A stretch of DNA of 42,236 nucleotides from Deltaproteobacteria bacterium (GCA_030633185.1 DAOVTG010000002.1:1-42236), one strand, 5' to 3'. Counted from the first letter of the stretch, positions 7,796-18,800 are shown. Translations and numbers: made by a program. Notes: a model not told the origin generated them from the sequence alone.

Positions 7796-9073
7796 ATGAA
7801 TATTGACATGATTAAAGAGTACAAGGATCTTTCAGTTTTTTTATTGAAGACCCTGCAGGGCTCGTTGCCCGGTGGTCAGGGCTCGGGCAAGGTTTTGGGC
7901 TCGCTGTATGAGTCCCTGCAAAGTGCCGCCAATGCGAGTCAAATCAAGCGTATTCACAAGCAGGTCAAAGATCTGCTTCTCAAAGAAAAGCCGGTTGATG
8001 TTAATTTATTGTTGGTGTCTATGCAGCGTTTGAAAAATGATCTGTTGTCCCAGTCAAACGTTGAAAATGATTTGCAAAGCCTTATCGACGAATTTAAGTC
8101 ACTGGTTGGTATGGCGCTACATCATATCGAAGGTCTTTCTCTGCAGGAGAAAGAGAGTCGGGAACTTTTTATACAATGTCGGGACGAACTGAAAGAGGTT
8201 GCCACGCCGGCTGCCATGAATAGTTATGTCGGTAAGTTTAAACGTCTCTTTTCACTCAATATTTTTCTTGACGATGAGACCGGTCGAGAGCGGGACGAAC
8301 TGAAGAAGATTATCTCTATTTTGGCGGACTCGATCTCCGGTCTGCTACAAAGCAGTGGTGCTTTTGACAGTGGTCTGGATGAGTGTGTCGAGCGTTTGCA
8401 GAGAACTCAGTCTCTGACTGAGGTGCAGGAGATTCGTGAGTTGTTGCTTCAGCAGACCAAAGGTCTGCAGGCTAGAACCCGACAGATGGTGGCGGATGTA
8501 GAGCAGGCGCGGGGACAGGTGGATGACGCCAATAAAAAGGTTGAAGTTCTTAAAAAGCAGATGGAAAAGGTTAAGCAGGAGATCATTATTGATCCCCTGA
8601 CTCGGACTTATAACCGGCGGGCTTACGATGAAAAGATCAATCAAGAGATGATGGGATACCAGCGTTATGGTCGACCGACGGCCTTGGCGATTATTGATAT
8701 CGATCACTTTAAGCTAGTCAATGATACTTACGGGCATCGAACCGGAGACGGAGTTCTGCGGGTTTTAAGTGAGGTCATGAAAAAAGAGATTCGCGAAATC
8801 GATGTCCTGGCTCGCTATGGTGGTGAGGAGTTTGCCTTGATTTTACCGCATACCCCATATCAAAAGGCTCTGGATGTTGCGGAACGGATCCGGCAAAAAG
8901 TTGAGGACAGCCGTTTTACTTACAAGGGCAAGCCTTTTTCAGTGACCATTAGTATCGGAGTCGGTACGCTTAAAGAGAATGATACCTTAGATAGTTACGT
9001 TGAAAGGGTCGATCAAGCCCTCTATCGAGCCAAAAATGGTGGTCGTAACCGAGTGGTTGGAGACGATGGTTAA
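7796..9073 (+). CDS. Diguanylate cyclase (long coiled-coil N-terminal region plus GGDEF domain)
   Basis: DPLTRTYNRRAY...IDIDHFKLVNDTYGHRTGD...RYGGEEF...ALYRAKNGGRNRV. Confidence 0.85.
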   Translation: MNIDMIKEYKDLSVFLLKTLQGSLPGGQGSGKVLGSLYESLQSAANASQIKRIHKQVKDLLLKEKPVDVNLLLVSMQRLKNDLLSQSNVENDLQSLIDEFKSLVGMALHHIEGLSLQEKESRELFIQCRDELKEVATPAAMNSYVGKFKRLFSLNIFLDDETGRERDELKKIISILADSISGLLQSSGAFDSGLDECVERLQRTQSLTEVQEIRELLLQQTKGLQARTRQMVADVEQARGQVDDANKKVEVLKKQMEKVKQEIIIDPLTRTYNRRAYDEKINQEMMGYQRYGRPTALAIIDIDHFKLVNDTYGHRTGDGVLRVLSEVMKKEIREIDVLARYGGEEFALILPHTPYQKALDVAERIRQKVEDSRFTYKGKPFSVTISIGVGTLKENDTLDSYVERVDQALYRAKNGGRNRVVGDDG

Positions 9074-9519
9074 AGTTTTTTAATCATGGCGATTTCGTCA
9101 CAGTCGGGAAACTTGACACATTTCAGACAGTCCCCCCAGACTTTATGGGGGAGTTGGTTCTTGTCGATGGTGTGGTAGCCGAGACCGGTAAAAAAACTCT
9201 CCTGATAGGTCAGGGTGAAGACCTTTTTTAAGCCCAGTTCGAGGGCTTCTTTTTCGCAGTCGCAGACCAGTTGTCGGCCGATTCCCTGTTTCGTATGGGG
9301 CGGCAGAACGGCCAGAGAACGAATCTCTCCCAAATCTTCCCAGCAGACATGTAAGGCACTGACCGCCAAAATTTTCTCTTTTTCTTGGTAAACGATGAAA
9401 TCACGCAGGTTGTCGTAGAGATCGCTGAGTGAGCGGGGTAACAGCAAGCCCTCATTGGCATAGTGTTCGAGGGCGTTCTGGATAGTCTTGACATCGTTTA
9501 TGGTAGCTCGACGAATCAT
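9070..9519 (-). CDS. GNAT N-acetyltransferase (short ArgA-like amino-acid acetyltransferase family)
   Basis: 149 aa. Acetyl-CoA motif LAVLPPHTKQGIGRQLV and a C-terminal KVWGDCLKCVKFPDC tail typical of short ArgA-like GNATs. Confidence 0.7.
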   Translation of the reverse strand: MIRRATINDVKTIQNALEHYANEGLLLPRSLSDLYDNLRDFIVYQEKEKILAVSALHVCWEDLGEIRSLAVLPPHTKQGIGRQLVCDCEKEALELGLKKVFTLTYQESFFTGLGYHTIDKNQLPHKVWGDCLKCVKFPDCDEIAMIKKL

Positions 9520-11219
9520 CTTGTTTTATCCTTTTTCGCCTCCCGGCGTAAGATTCGGGCATGTTCTTCGGCCTCTTTTGTGATCTCTTCACCGCTGCCC
9601 ATACGGGCCAGTTCGTGAATCCGTTCCGGCTCCTGATCCGGGGCGATTTCGGTGAGCTTGATTAAGGTCTGTTTTTTTTCCGGACAACTTGTTTTATCAA
9701 TGACAAAGTGGTGGTCGGCAAAGGCCGCAACCTGGGGCAGGTGGGTTACGGTGATCACTTGGCAGTTTTCAGCAATAGCGGCTATCTTACGGCCCACGGC
9801 CGCCGCCGTGCCGCCGCCAAGACCGGTGTCGACTTCGTCAAAGATCATAGTCGGTATCTGGTAACGATGGGCTGCCGTGGTTTTTATCGCCAGTAAAAGC
9901 CGGGAGAGCTCGCCGCCTGAGGCAATTTCGTCAATCGGGGCCGGCTCTTCACCCGGGTTGGCACTGAAGAGGAAAGTGATGCTGTCCATGCCGCCGGCGG
10001 AATAAGGAACTATTTCTCTTTTTATCAGAAAACGGGCCTGGGCCAGATTGAGATCGTGCAGGTGTCGGGTTACGGTTCGGGCCAGAATTTCTCCTTGTTC
10101 CTGGCGGGCTTGACCAAGTTTTTCGGCCGCCTGTAACAGTTTTTCTCTTTTTTCTGTAAGTTCAAGGGTCAGGCGTTCTTTTTCGGCGTCACGATTCTCC
10201 CATCCTCTTACCTTTCCCTCAAGTTCGTTACGGAGTTCAATCAGGCCATTTATATCGATTGCGAATTTTCGTTTGAGACGTTCCAGAACGGCGAGACGCT
10301 CTTCAGTCTCCTCAATGGTCTGCTCGTCGACTTCGAGGCGGGTCAGGTAGTTGTGATTCTCCTTGTGGATATCCTGGAGAGTGTCGATAATTTCGGTCAG
10401 AGTCTCCTCTGTTTGGGGAGCTTCGGCATCTCGACGTGAAAGCTCGCCGCTGATTTCGAGCAGGCGATAACAGTTGTCAATGATTGAACTATTGTTGGTA
10501 TAGCTGATCTCTTCGGCTTCCCGGGCCAGTTCTCGGAGTCGCCCGAGCTGTTGGTATTGCCGACGTTGGGTCAAGAGTTCATCCTCTTCCAAGGGGTCAA
10601 GGTGGGCGTCGCTGAGCTCGGTAAGTTGATGGGTATAGTAGTCCATCTGCCGGGCGGCTTCGCTGATTTCCTGCTGCCATTGTTCAAGTCGGCGTTCGAG
10701 TTCCTGATATTTGCTAAATAGTTTACCGTACTCCTCTTTTAATGGCAAAAGGCCGCCGAAAGTGTCAATCAGGCGCAGGGGTTCTTTAGGATCGCGCAAG
10801 TTCTGTTGTTGGTGTTGGTCGACAAATTCTATCAAGTGAGCGGCCAGGGTGGAGACCGTGTTGCCGGTGGTCGGCTGGTCGTTTAAATAGATGCGGTTGT
10901 TGATGCCGCCGTGGCTTTTGCGGCTGATATGGCGGCGCAGAATAATCTCATCCTGATCGGTGGCAAATCCGAGATCGTTAAGTCGTGAGCTGAAAGCGGG
11001 ATTTCGCGGCAGAGAGAAGATGGCGCTGATAATTACCGGCTGTTTTTCATCGTGAAAAATATCAGAGCCCGGTTTGCCCTCCAGGAGGGAGTTTAAGGCA
11101 CTTAGGATAATTGATTTACCAGCCCCGGTTTCGCCGGTCAGGACGGTCAGGCCAGCGGAGAAATCACATTCAATGTGATCGATTAATTTGTAATTGCTGA
11201 TGGTCAGATGTTTAAGCAT
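9516..11219 (-). CDS. recN: DNA repair protein RecN
   Basis: 567 aa. N-terminal LTISNYKLI...LTGETGAGKSIIL Walker A, long coiled coil, C-terminal ASGGELSRLLLAIK signature and IFDEVDTG Walker B. Confidence 0.92.
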   Translation of the reverse strand: MLKHLTISNYKLIDHIECDFSAGLTVLTGETGAGKSIILSALNSLLEGKPGSDIFHDEKQPVIISAIFSLPRNPAFSSRLNDLGFATDQDEIILRRHISRKSHGGINNRIYLNDQPTTGNTVSTLAAHLIEFVDQHQQQNLRDPKEPLRLIDTFGGLLPLKEEYGKLFSKYQELERRLEQWQQEISEAARQMDYYTHQLTELSDAHLDPLEEDELLTQRRQYQQLGRLRELAREAEEISYTNNSSIIDNCYRLLEISGELSRRDAEAPQTEETLTEIIDTLQDIHKENHNYLTRLEVDEQTIEETEERLAVLERLKRKFAIDINGLIELRNELEGKVRGWENRDAEKERLTLELTEKREKLLQAAEKLGQARQEQGEILARTVTRHLHDLNLAQARFLIKREIVPYSAGGMDSITFLFSANPGEEPAPIDEIASGGELSRLLLAIKTTAAHRYQIPTMIFDEVDTGLGGGTAAAVGRKIAAIAENCQVITVTHLPQVAAFADHHFVIDKTSCPEKKQTLIKLTEIAPDQEPERIHELARMGSGEEITKEAEEHARILRREAKKDKTR

Positions 11220-11276
11220 AAATTTTTACTTAGTCATCCCGCAACTTTTGCGGGTTCATCATGATTGTCTTGCCTG

Positions 11277-12146
11277 CTACAGGTTGAGTTGGTAGCGTTC
11301 GCCCCATTTGAGTTTGTTGCGCAGGACTTCAAAATAGCTTTTGCTTGGTGAGGTTACGAGTTTGATGTCATGATCGGATCGGCTGATGACAACTTTGTCA
11401 AAAGGCTGCAGGGAAAAACCGGCCTGGCCGTCGAGGGTTAGAAAAACATCATCGCTGTCGACCGAGGTTAAGGTTGTCTCAATCGTGACTTCCGGCGGTA
11501 CAATGAGAGGTCGGTTGGAGAGCGTATGGGGGCAGATTGGCGCGACCGTAATACTGTTTAAGGTGGGGTAGACAATCGGCCCTCCCGCTGACAGGGAGTA
11601 GCCGGTGGAGCCGGTCGGGGTCGAAAAGATTAGGCCGTCAGCCTTGAAGGTGTTGACAAGTTTGCCGTCGATAACCGTTTCTAAGTCGATGATACGCGCC
11701 ATCGCTCCCTTGTTGATGACGACATCATTGAGAACGTTGTGGTTGGAGATGGGTTGGTCTCGACGGAAGAGAGTGACATTGAGGAGCATGCGAGGGCTTA
11801 AGGAGAAATTGCCGGCCAGGATATCTCCCATAACATCGAAGAGTTCATCCAAGGTAATGGCTGTCAAAAATCCTAAGCTACCCAGGTTGACGCCGAGAAT
11901 CGGCGGGTCACTTCGTTTCAGGTGACGGGCGATACTGAGCAGGGTGCCGTCACCGCCCAGGACAACTATCAGATCGGCTTGCTCGGAGATCTCGGTTTTG
12001 GATTGGCTTGAGAGTTTCAGGGGTGCAGCCAGTTCCTCTTCACAGAGCCCGCAAAGTTTACGTTTCTTGAGCCAGTCGTAGAGTTCGATGCCGATCTCAA
12101 GAGCCCGTTGATTTTTGCTTTTGGTGATTATTCCGATACTCTGCAT
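11277..12146 (-). CDS. nadK: NAD kinase
   Basis: 289 aa. GGDGTLL motif and NDVVI..G...R, STPTGSTGYSLSAGGPIV motifs. Confidence 0.9.
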   Translation of the reverse strand: MQSIGIITKSKNQRALEIGIELYDWLKKRKLCGLCEEELAAPLKLSSQSKTEISEQADLIVVLGGDGTLLSIARHLKRSDPPILGVNLGSLGFLTAITLDELFDVMGDILAGNFSLSPRMLLNVTLFRRDQPISNHNVLNDVVINKGAMARIIDLETVIDGKLVNTFKADGLIFSTPTGSTGYSLSAGGPIVYPTLNSITVAPICPHTLSNRPLIVPPEVTIETTLTSVDSDDVFLTLDGQAGFSLQPFDKVVISRSDHDIKLVTSPSKSYFEVLRNKLKWGERYQLNL

Positions 12147-12180
12147 GAAGATTTTTTTACGACGCCATCCCGTGACTTTT

Positions 12181-13644
12181 TTACGAATCCATCATATATG
12201 TCAATCGTTCAAAAGTTATAGTCTTGCTCTCTTTGTCGAGAGAAAATTCGATTGGTCCGCTGATGGTGCGTTCGACGACATAGCTCTCGAGGCCGATCTT
12301 GATTGTGGTTCCGGGGTGGGCGCATTTTTTGATGGTTATTTTCGCTTTGAGTCCGGCTTCAATTTTTTCTTCGATTATACTCTTTTTTTCTTTCAGGCGG
12401 GTGACCTGTTTTTCAATTTCAAGGTATTTATGCAGTATCTTTTCCGCTTCGGGTCGTTCTGCTTCAGGAAGTAAGGAGGTGTCTTTTTTCATTAAGACTT
12501 GGAGGCCGAGTTTGTCGACCATGGCGATCGACTGCGTGATAAGAGGCTCCATGAATTCTTCAATTTTTTTGATTTTTTCGATTAAGACGAGGGCGCCGCC
12601 GGTTTCAATTGTGGTTCGGCTGCCTTGCTCGCTGCCGAGTTCCCCGCAGGTCAATCCGTAAAAAGCGACAATTTTGCTGTCGCCGGTGATCATTTCCTGG
12701 CAACTGATGGTTTTGCCGGTAATGATGTGGCTGTTGATGATGTTTTTGGCTACGGTGATGGTGCCGCCGGTCTGAAGCTTGGTGACGGCTGAAATATATT
12801 CACAGCTAAGATCTCCGCCAACCGCGATTTTTTCGGTTTCGCTGCCGATAATGCCCTCGTCTACGGTCAGGTTAGCTTTGGTTCGGATTGAGCCGCTAAT
12901 GGTTTTTCCGATAAAAATATTGGCGTTTGAGATAATGCGAAAACCGGCCAGAAGATTACCGCTGATCTCTATCGGACCCTCAAACTCGATATGGCCGGTT
13001 TCGAGATCGACATCACCATCCAGATTATAGGTTTCCGAGATGCTCAAGGTGTCGTTGCTCAACAGCGCTTGTCCGGCGGCGGTTGCTTTATAGATGAGTT
13101 GGGTGCTGTTTTCATCAAGGGTAACGCCGGGGCCGGATTTGTAGCGTCGCAGAGGATTGAGAGGTTCATTTTTGACAATAGTGCCGTCGATAAGTCGGCC
13201 GGGAGTACCTTCCTGGCCGATAATAATCTCCAGCAGGATATCTTCCGGTTTGAAAAATTTAATTACTCCTTTATCCTTGTAATCAATCTGGTTTGAGTTC
13301 TGGAGTTTGCCGATGTTTTTGTCGCTCGTGAAATTAACTTTATAGCGGTGTTGAGAGACCGGTTTTTTAGGTAATCCCCGGGCGATAAGAGCGGTGATGC
13401 TCTTGTCGGGTTCATGATTGAACCGATCGCGGATGGCAAAAAGAGCCTTTTTGCTGATTCCCACAACGACGTTATCTTTCTTGAGAGCGGCGACTAGCTG
13501 GTCAGCGGTTATGGTTTCCTGGTTTTCCGGGTCGGGGGTTATCGAGAGTCGGGCTTCGGTTCGTTCCTGATTGATGGCGACGCTTATCATGCTAATTTCC
13601 GGTTGCGAAGGTTGTCCGGTTAATATCCCAGCCTTGTCTAACAT
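12181..13644 (-). CDS. FapA-family (DUF342) protein
   Basis: 487 aa. Central beta-helix-like repeats (GDVDLETGHIEFEGPIEISGNLLAGFRIIS...), a C-terminal coiled coil and a PGTTIKIG tail, as in DUF342/FapA proteins. Confidence 0.7.
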   Translation of the reverse strand: MLDKAGILTGQPSQPEISMISVAINQERTEARLSITPDPENQETITADQLVAALKKDNVVVGISKKALFAIRDRFNHEPDKSITALIARGLPKKPVSQHRYKVNFTSDKNIGKLQNSNQIDYKDKGVIKFFKPEDILLEIIIGQEGTPGRLIDGTIVKNEPLNPLRRYKSGPGVTLDENSTQLIYKATAAGQALLSNDTLSISETYNLDGDVDLETGHIEFEGPIEISGNLLAGFRIISNANIFIGKTISGSIRTKANLTVDEGIIGSETEKIAVGGDLSCEYISAVTKLQTGGTITVAKNIINSHIITGKTISCQEMITGDSKIVAFYGLTCGELGSEQGSRTTIETGGALVLIEKIKKIEEFMEPLITQSIAMVDKLGLQVLMKKDTSLLPEAERPEAEKILHKYLEIEKQVTRLKEKKSIIEEKIEAGLKAKITIKKCAHPGTTIKIGLESYVVERTISGPIEFSLDKESKTITFERLTYMMDS

Positions 13645-13656
13645 ATAAAACCGGGT

Positions 13657-13716
13657 TTGACAAGATTATCGGAGAAAAGCTAAAATATTGACAATCCGCT
13701 GACCATTTGCTATTAA
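13657..13716 (+). promoter_or_regulatory. Two tandem sigma70-like promoters upstream of the M23 peptidase gene
   Basis: TTGACA(13657-13662)-18 nt-TAAAAT(13681-13686) and TTGACA(13688-13693)-17 nt-TATTAA(13711-13716). Confidence 0.4.
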
Positions 13717-13777
13717 GGTTTCCAATTTAGGGTGGTGGGACTTTTTTAAAGTTCGTCAAACTTGAGGATGGATTGTC

Positions 13778-14707
13778 TTGATAGAATCTAAAGATAAATA
13801 TACACTGGTGCTTTTTCGGACCGGAAGTGGTGTGCATCGTAAGATGACCTTGCCGGTCAAACAGGTAAAGCGGGCCGTCTGGTTGCTGGCTCCCGGACTT
13901 TGTGCGTTTTTCATAGGGGCCGTGGTGGCGATTGCCCTCTATCTGGTAAACTTACACAGTATTAATGATTACAGCCAGATGGCCAGGGAAAACCGTGAAC
14001 TGGAGAAACAGGTAGGTTTTTTTTCGCAGCGCATGACTGATCTTTATGATCAGTTTACGAGTTTAAAAGAGAGCAATAGCCGGGTCAAGGTGTTGGCCAA
14101 TTTGGCGATTGTGCCAAGCCGGATAGAGACTCGGAGCGTGGGTGGTCCTGACCCCCTGGCGGCCGAGTTGACGGTTTCGAGTATCGACACGGAGCGTAAA
14201 CAGCAACTGGCCCGTATGCATCGGGAGTTGCAACGTCTAGAACTCGCAATTACACGCGAAGAGGGCGAGCTTAGACATTTGAGTGCTTACCTTGAAGAGC
14301 GCCAGACACTACTCAATTTCACCCCTTCAGTATGGCCCGTAAGAGGTTGGATCAGCTCCCGTTTCGGTTATCGGGTTTCTCCTTTTACCGGTCGTCGTGA
14401 GCTTCATAAAGGGCTCGATATTGTTAATCGGAGCGGCACCCCGGTGGTTGTGACTGCCGATGGCCAGGTTGTTTTTGCCGGCTACAAAGGGGGTTACGGA
14501 AAAATGGTGACGGTTGATCATGGCCTGGGTAAGGTGACCAAATATGGTCATCTCTCAAAGATTACGGTTCGCAGCGGAGATTCGGTGGTTCGCGGTCAGG
14601 AATTGGGTTTACTCGGTAATACCGGCCGTAGTACCGGGCCTCACCTTCATTATGAGGTCGTGGTCAACGGCAAGGCGGTAAATCCGGTTGAGTATCTGCT
14701 GGATTGA
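13778..14707 (+). CDS. M23-family metallopeptidase (membrane-anchored, coiled-coil, LytM domain)
   Basis: HKGLDI...GYGKMVTVDHG...GNTGRSTGPHLHYEVVVNGKAVNP. The start is either TTG 13778 or ATG 13844 and is uncertain. Confidence 0.85.
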   Translation: MIESKDKYTLVLFRTGSGVHRKMTLPVKQVKRAVWLLAPGLCAFFIGAVVAIALYLVNLHSINDYSQMARENRELEKQVGFFSQRMTDLYDQFTSLKESNSRVKVLANLAIVPSRIETRSVGGPDPLAAELTVSSIDTERKQQLARMHRELQRLELAITREEGELRHLSAYLEERQTLLNFTPSVWPVRGWISSRFGYRVSPFTGRRELHKGLDIVNRSGTPVVVTADGQVVFAGYKGGYGKMVTVDHGLGKVTKYGHLSKITVRSGDSVVRGQELGLLGNTGRSTGPHLHYEVVVNGKAVNPVEYLLD

Positions 14708-14796
14708 TAATTTAATTTTTTTTAAGGCCGTCAGGCATGGTCAATGGTCCTCGTGAAATTTTGCGGGGGCTTTTTGTTTTAAGAGGTTTGAGGTTA

Positions 14797-17457
14797 ATGG
14801 CAAATATCCTGAAAAAAATATTCGGCAGTAAAAACGATCGTGAAATCAAATCAATGCAATCGTTGGTTGAGCGGGTGAACCGGGAGGAGGAGACGCTTAA
14901 AGCTCTTTCAGACAGTCAGTTGCAGGCTAAAACTTTAGAATTTAAGTCTCGTCTTAAAGATATTGCCGACTTAGATGAGCTTTTACCGGAAGCTTTTGCC
15001 GTTGTTCGTGAAGCCTCGGTGCGAACCCTGGGGATGCGTCATTTTGATGCGCAGATTATGGGTGGTATCGTTCTCCACGAGGGCAAAATTGCCGAGATGA
15101 AAACCGGTGAGGGTAAGACCCTGGCCGCGACCCTGCCGGTCTATCTTAATGCCTTGAGCGGCAAAGGTGTGCATGTCGTGACCGTCAATGATTATCTGGC
15201 GCGCCGTGATGCCGCCTGGATGGGGACTGTTTACGAGTTTTTAGGGCTTTCGGTAGGGACTATTCTGCATGAGCTCGACGATGAACAGCGTCAGAAAGCT
15301 TACGGAGCCGATATTACTTACGGTACCAATAATGAATTTGGTTTTGACTACCTGCGCGATAATATGAAGTTTTCTCTCGAGGATTACGCGCAACGGCCGC
15401 TTCATTATGCGATTGTCGATGAGGTCGACAGTATTCTTATCGATGAGGCGCGAACCCCGCTGATTATCTCCGGGCCGACCGACGATAGTACTGAAAAATA
15501 TTATGTTATCGATAAAGCGATGCGTAAATTGATCCAGCGTAACCAGGCGCAAGACGAACCTACCGATTATGACTTGGATGAGAAGAGCCGCTCAGCGACC
15601 CTGACGGATGTCGGGGTCGCCCATGTTGAAGAGCTGCTTAAGGTCAAAAATCTTTATGAACCGACCCAGATCGAGACCCTGCATCATGTCAACCAGGCCT
15701 TGAAAGCCCATGTTCTTTTCAGGCGGGATGTTGACTATGTAGTCAAGGATGACAAGGTTGTTATCGTCGATGAGTTTACCGGACGCCTTATGGATGGGCG
15801 GCGTTACAGTGATGGCCTGCATCAAGCCCTTGAAGCCAAGGAGGGGGTCAAAATTGAGCGCGAGAATCAAACCCTGGCGGGGGTCACCTTTCAGAACTAT
15901 TTTCGGATGTATGATAAATTGGCCGGGATGACCGGAACCGCCGATACCGAGGCGGTTGAATTTTCCCAGACCTATGGCCTCTCCGTGGTCGTCGTGCCGA
16001 CTAACGAGCCGATGATCCGCAAAGATAATCCTGACGTAATCTTCAAGACCGGGAAAGAGAAATATAATGCCGTCGTTGAGGAGATTATGGTCTGCCATGA
16101 GGCTGGTCAGCCAGCTCTGGTTGGAACTATCTCGATCGAAGATTCTGAATATTTAGGGAAAGTCCTGCGTCGTAAAGGGATTAAACATGAAGTTTTAAAT
16201 GCCAAATTTCATGAAAAAGAGGCCGAAATCATCACTCAGGCAGGTCGTAAAGGGGCGATCACTATTGCCACCAATATGGCCGGGCGCGGAACCGATATTG
16301 TCCTAGGCGGCAATGCCGAGATGATGGCCAAGTCCAATTTAAAGGACGAGATGAGTCTTGAAGAACGCGAACAGATTATTGCCGGTTACCGGAAGCAGTG
16401 TGAAGCTGAACGTGAAGAGGTTCTTAAGGCTGGAGGCTTACATATTTTAGGTACTGAACGTCATGAGAGTCGGCGGATTGATAATCAGTTGAGGGGGCGT
16501 TCAGGGCGTCAGGGGGATCCGGGATCATCTCGTTTTTATCTCAGTCTGGAAGATGATCTGATGCGGATTTTTGGTTCCGAGCGCATTGCTAAAGTTATGG
16601 ATACTCTGGGTATTGAAGAGGGTGAGCCGATTGAACACAAAATGATCTCCAAGGCGATCGAAAATGCTCAGCGGCGGGTTGAAGGTCACAACTTTGATAT
16701 CCGGAAACATCTGCTTGAGTATGATGATGTTATGAATAAGCAGCGCGAAACCATCTACGCCTTGCGTCGCGAGGTGTTAGGTAACGAAGATATAAAAGAA
16801 TTGGTTATTGAGTATGCCGAGGATGTTGTCGAAGAGATGCTGGAGGCTGCCACCGGTGGTTCCGGCAACTCCGCCGAATGGGATTTTGACTCTTTGACCA
16901 TTGGTCTGCTGCGCTCTTTTTCTATGGCCGTCGATTTTTCTGAAGGTTCAGAGCTTAAGCTTTTGACGGAGGCGGACGATCTTAAAGTGCGTTTGCAGGA
17001 GTTGATGCGGGAAAGCTATGCTTTAAGAGAAGTCGAGATGGGTGCCGAAACCCTGCGCCAGTTGGAAAAGATTATCCTTTTGCATACCATTGACAACCTG
17101 TGGAAAGATCATCTTTATGCCATCGATCAACTTAAGGAAGGCATCGGTTTGCGCGGTTACGGGCAGAAAGATCCCTTGCGTGAGTATCAACGCGAGGGCT
17201 TCGAGATGTTTGCCGATATGATCGAGCGCATCAAGGAAGATGTTACAGGTCAGCTTTTTCACATCCAGGTGACTCGGGAAGAGGAGGTTGAGGAGCTTGA
17301 CCATCAGGCTCGCAAGGAGCATGAGGTTGTCCTTTCGCATGGCGGTCGCGGAGAGGACGGCAAGCTCAAGCCGGTGGTCAGTGGTAAAAAGATCGGTCGT
17401 AATGACCCCTGTCCCTGCGGCAGCGGGAAAAAATATAAAAAATGCTGCGGGAAATAA
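14797..17457 (+). CDS. secA: Preprotein translocase ATPase SecA
   Basis: Start trimmed to [18 protein letters not shown] (ATG 14797, GAGG upstream). MKTGEGKTL Walker [20 protein letters not shown], and the C-terminal zinc finger [14 protein letters not shown]. Confidence 0.95.
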   Translation: MANILKKIFGSKNDREIKSMQSLVERVNREEETLKALSDSQLQAKTLEFKSRLKDIADLDELLPEAFAVVREASVRTLGMRHFDAQIMGGIVLHEGKIAEMKTGEGKTLAATLPVYLNALSGKGVHVVTVNDYLARRDAAWMGTVYEFLGLSVGTILHELDDEQRQKAYGADITYGTNNEFGFDYLRDNMKFSLEDYAQRPLHYAIVDEVDSILIDEARTPLIISGPTDDSTEKYYVIDKAMRKLIQRNQAQDEPTDYDLDEKSRSATLTDVGVAHVEELLKVKNLYEPTQIETLHHVNQALKAHVLFRRDVDYVVKDDKVVIVDEFTGRLMDGRRYSDGLHQALEAKEGVKIERENQTLAGVTFQNYFRMYDKLAGMTGTADTEAVEFSQTYGLSVVVVPTNEPMIRKDNPDVIFKTGKEKYNAVVEEIMVCHEAGQPALVGTISIEDSEYLGKVLRRKGIKHEVLNAKFHEKEAEIITQAGRKGAITIATNMAGRGTDIVLGGNAEMMAKSNLKDEMSLEEREQIIAGYRKQCEAEREEVLKAGGLHILGTERHESRRIDNQLRGRSGRQGDPGSSRFYLSLEDDLMRIFGSERIAKVMDTLGIEEGEPIEHKMISKAIENAQRRVEGHNFDIRKHLLEYDDVMNKQRETIYALRREVLGNEDIKELVIEYAEDVVEEMLEAATGGSGNSAEWDFDSLTIGLLRSFSMAVDFSEGSELKLLTEADDLKVRLQELMRESYALREVEMGAETLRQLEKIILLHTIDNLWKDHLYAIDQLKEGIGLRGYGQKDPLREYQREGFEMFADMIERIKEDVTGQLFHIQVTREEEVEELDHQARKEHEVVLSHGGRGEDGKLKPVVSGKKIGRNDPCPCGSGKKYKKCCGK

Positions 17458-17487
17458 ATTGAAGGGTGAAGTTGGAAGGGTGAAGGT

Positions 17488-18696
17488 ATGCTTGGAAATA
17501 TAAAAATCTGTCCGGGTTACCGGTTTGCCGGGGTTCATTGTGGTCTGAAGGCGGGTGATGCGTTGGATCTGGCACTGTTGCTGAGTGATTGCCCGGCGGT
17601 CGCGGCGGCGGTTTTTACTAAAAACCGGTTTCCGGCGGCCCCGGTTCTTTACGGTCGCAAACAGCTGGTTGAAGGCCATAATTTGAGTGCGGTATTGATC
17701 AATAGCGGTAATGCCAATGCCTGTACCGGTCATCAGGGTGAAATCGATGTTATGACGGTCGCCGAGATTCTGGCGGCAGCCTTAAACCTCTCTCGTGAGC
17801 AAATTTTTGTCTCCTCAACCGGGGTTATCGGTGAACCTTTTCCGGTGACTACGGTTCTTAAAGGGATTGAAACTTTGGTTTCTGAGCTAGAAGGTGAAGT
17901 TGCTAAAGCAAAGGCTCTGGAAGCTGCAGCTCGGGCGATTATGACCACCGATAAACTGCCGAAGGTTGTCGGGATCGAGGTTAAGACAAGTCAGGGACTT
18001 GTGACCCTGACTGGAATTGCAAAAGGGGCCGGGATGATCCATCCTGATATGGCGACCATGCTCGCCTATCTTTTGACGGATGCTGAAATTGACCGGCAGG
18101 TTTGGCAGGCGATGCTGCAGCGGGTGGTTGATAAGAGTTTTAACCGGATCAGTGTCGATGGCGATATGAGTACAAATGATACAGTTCTGGCCCTGGCCAA
18201 TGGGGTTTCCGGCTGTAGTTTGACGAGTCCCTCTGATCTTGACGTGTTAGAGAACGGTCTTTTGCAGATTGCCCGGGACCTGGCCAAGATGATTGTTAAA
18301 GATGGAGAAGGGGCGACCAAAGTAGTTGAGATTACGGTTGCCGGAGCTTCTAAAGTTGCGGAGGCTGAAAAAATCTGTCGGGCCGTGGCCAATTCAGCTC
18401 TGGTTAAGACCGCTTTTTTTGGCCAGGATGCCAATTGGGGGCGGATCATTGCGGCCGTCGGTTACGCCGGGGTCGAAATTAAGCCTGAGCTTGTTAATAT
18501 TAGTTTTAACCAGGTCAGGGTCGTTAGCGGCGGGGTTCGTGATCCCGGTTACCGTGAGGAAGATGGGGCGGCCGTTTTACGGCTTCCCGAATTTACGGTG
18601 AAAATTGACCTGCAATCAGGTGAAGATGAATTCACTTTGTTGACCTCCGACTTGACCCATGAATATGTTTCAATCAATGCCGACTACCGTAGTTAA
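17488..18696 (+). CDS. argJ: Bifunctional ornithine acetyltransferase / N-acetylglutamate synthase ArgJ
   Basis: 402 aa. Autoprocessing site region ATMLAYLLTDA and a C-terminal EYVSINADYRS, typical of ArgJ. Confidence 0.9.
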   Translation: MLGNIKICPGYRFAGVHCGLKAGDALDLALLLSDCPAVAAAVFTKNRFPAAPVLYGRKQLVEGHNLSAVLINSGNANACTGHQGEIDVMTVAEILAAALNLSREQIFVSSTGVIGEPFPVTTVLKGIETLVSELEGEVAKAKALEAAARAIMTTDKLPKVVGIEVKTSQGLVTLTGIAKGAGMIHPDMATMLAYLLTDAEIDRQVWQAMLQRVVDKSFNRISVDGDMSTNDTVLALANGVSGCSLTSPSDLDVLENGLLQIARDLAKMIVKDGEGATKVVEITVAGASKVAEAEKICRAVANSALVKTAFFGQDANWGRIIAAVGYAGVEIKPELVNISFNQVRVVSGGVRDPGYREEDGAAVLRLPEFTVKIDLQSGEDEFTLLTSDLTHEYVSINADYRS

Positions 18697-18800
18697 AGTT
18701 CGCTGCTATTGGTGGTAAGTTTATGGCTTATTGTAGTATGGTTCTTGCTGTATCACAGAACTTCAAAGTATAAATCTATTTAATAAGGAGTGTGACAACT

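Noticed and set aside
17023-17733. 236-aa minus-strand ORF spanning the secA/argJ junction
   Set aside because: It is antisense to two strongly conserved genes, shows no motifs, and is a typical shadow ORF. The same reasoning applies to 15592..16098, 30047..30577, 35297..35764 and 35783..36145.
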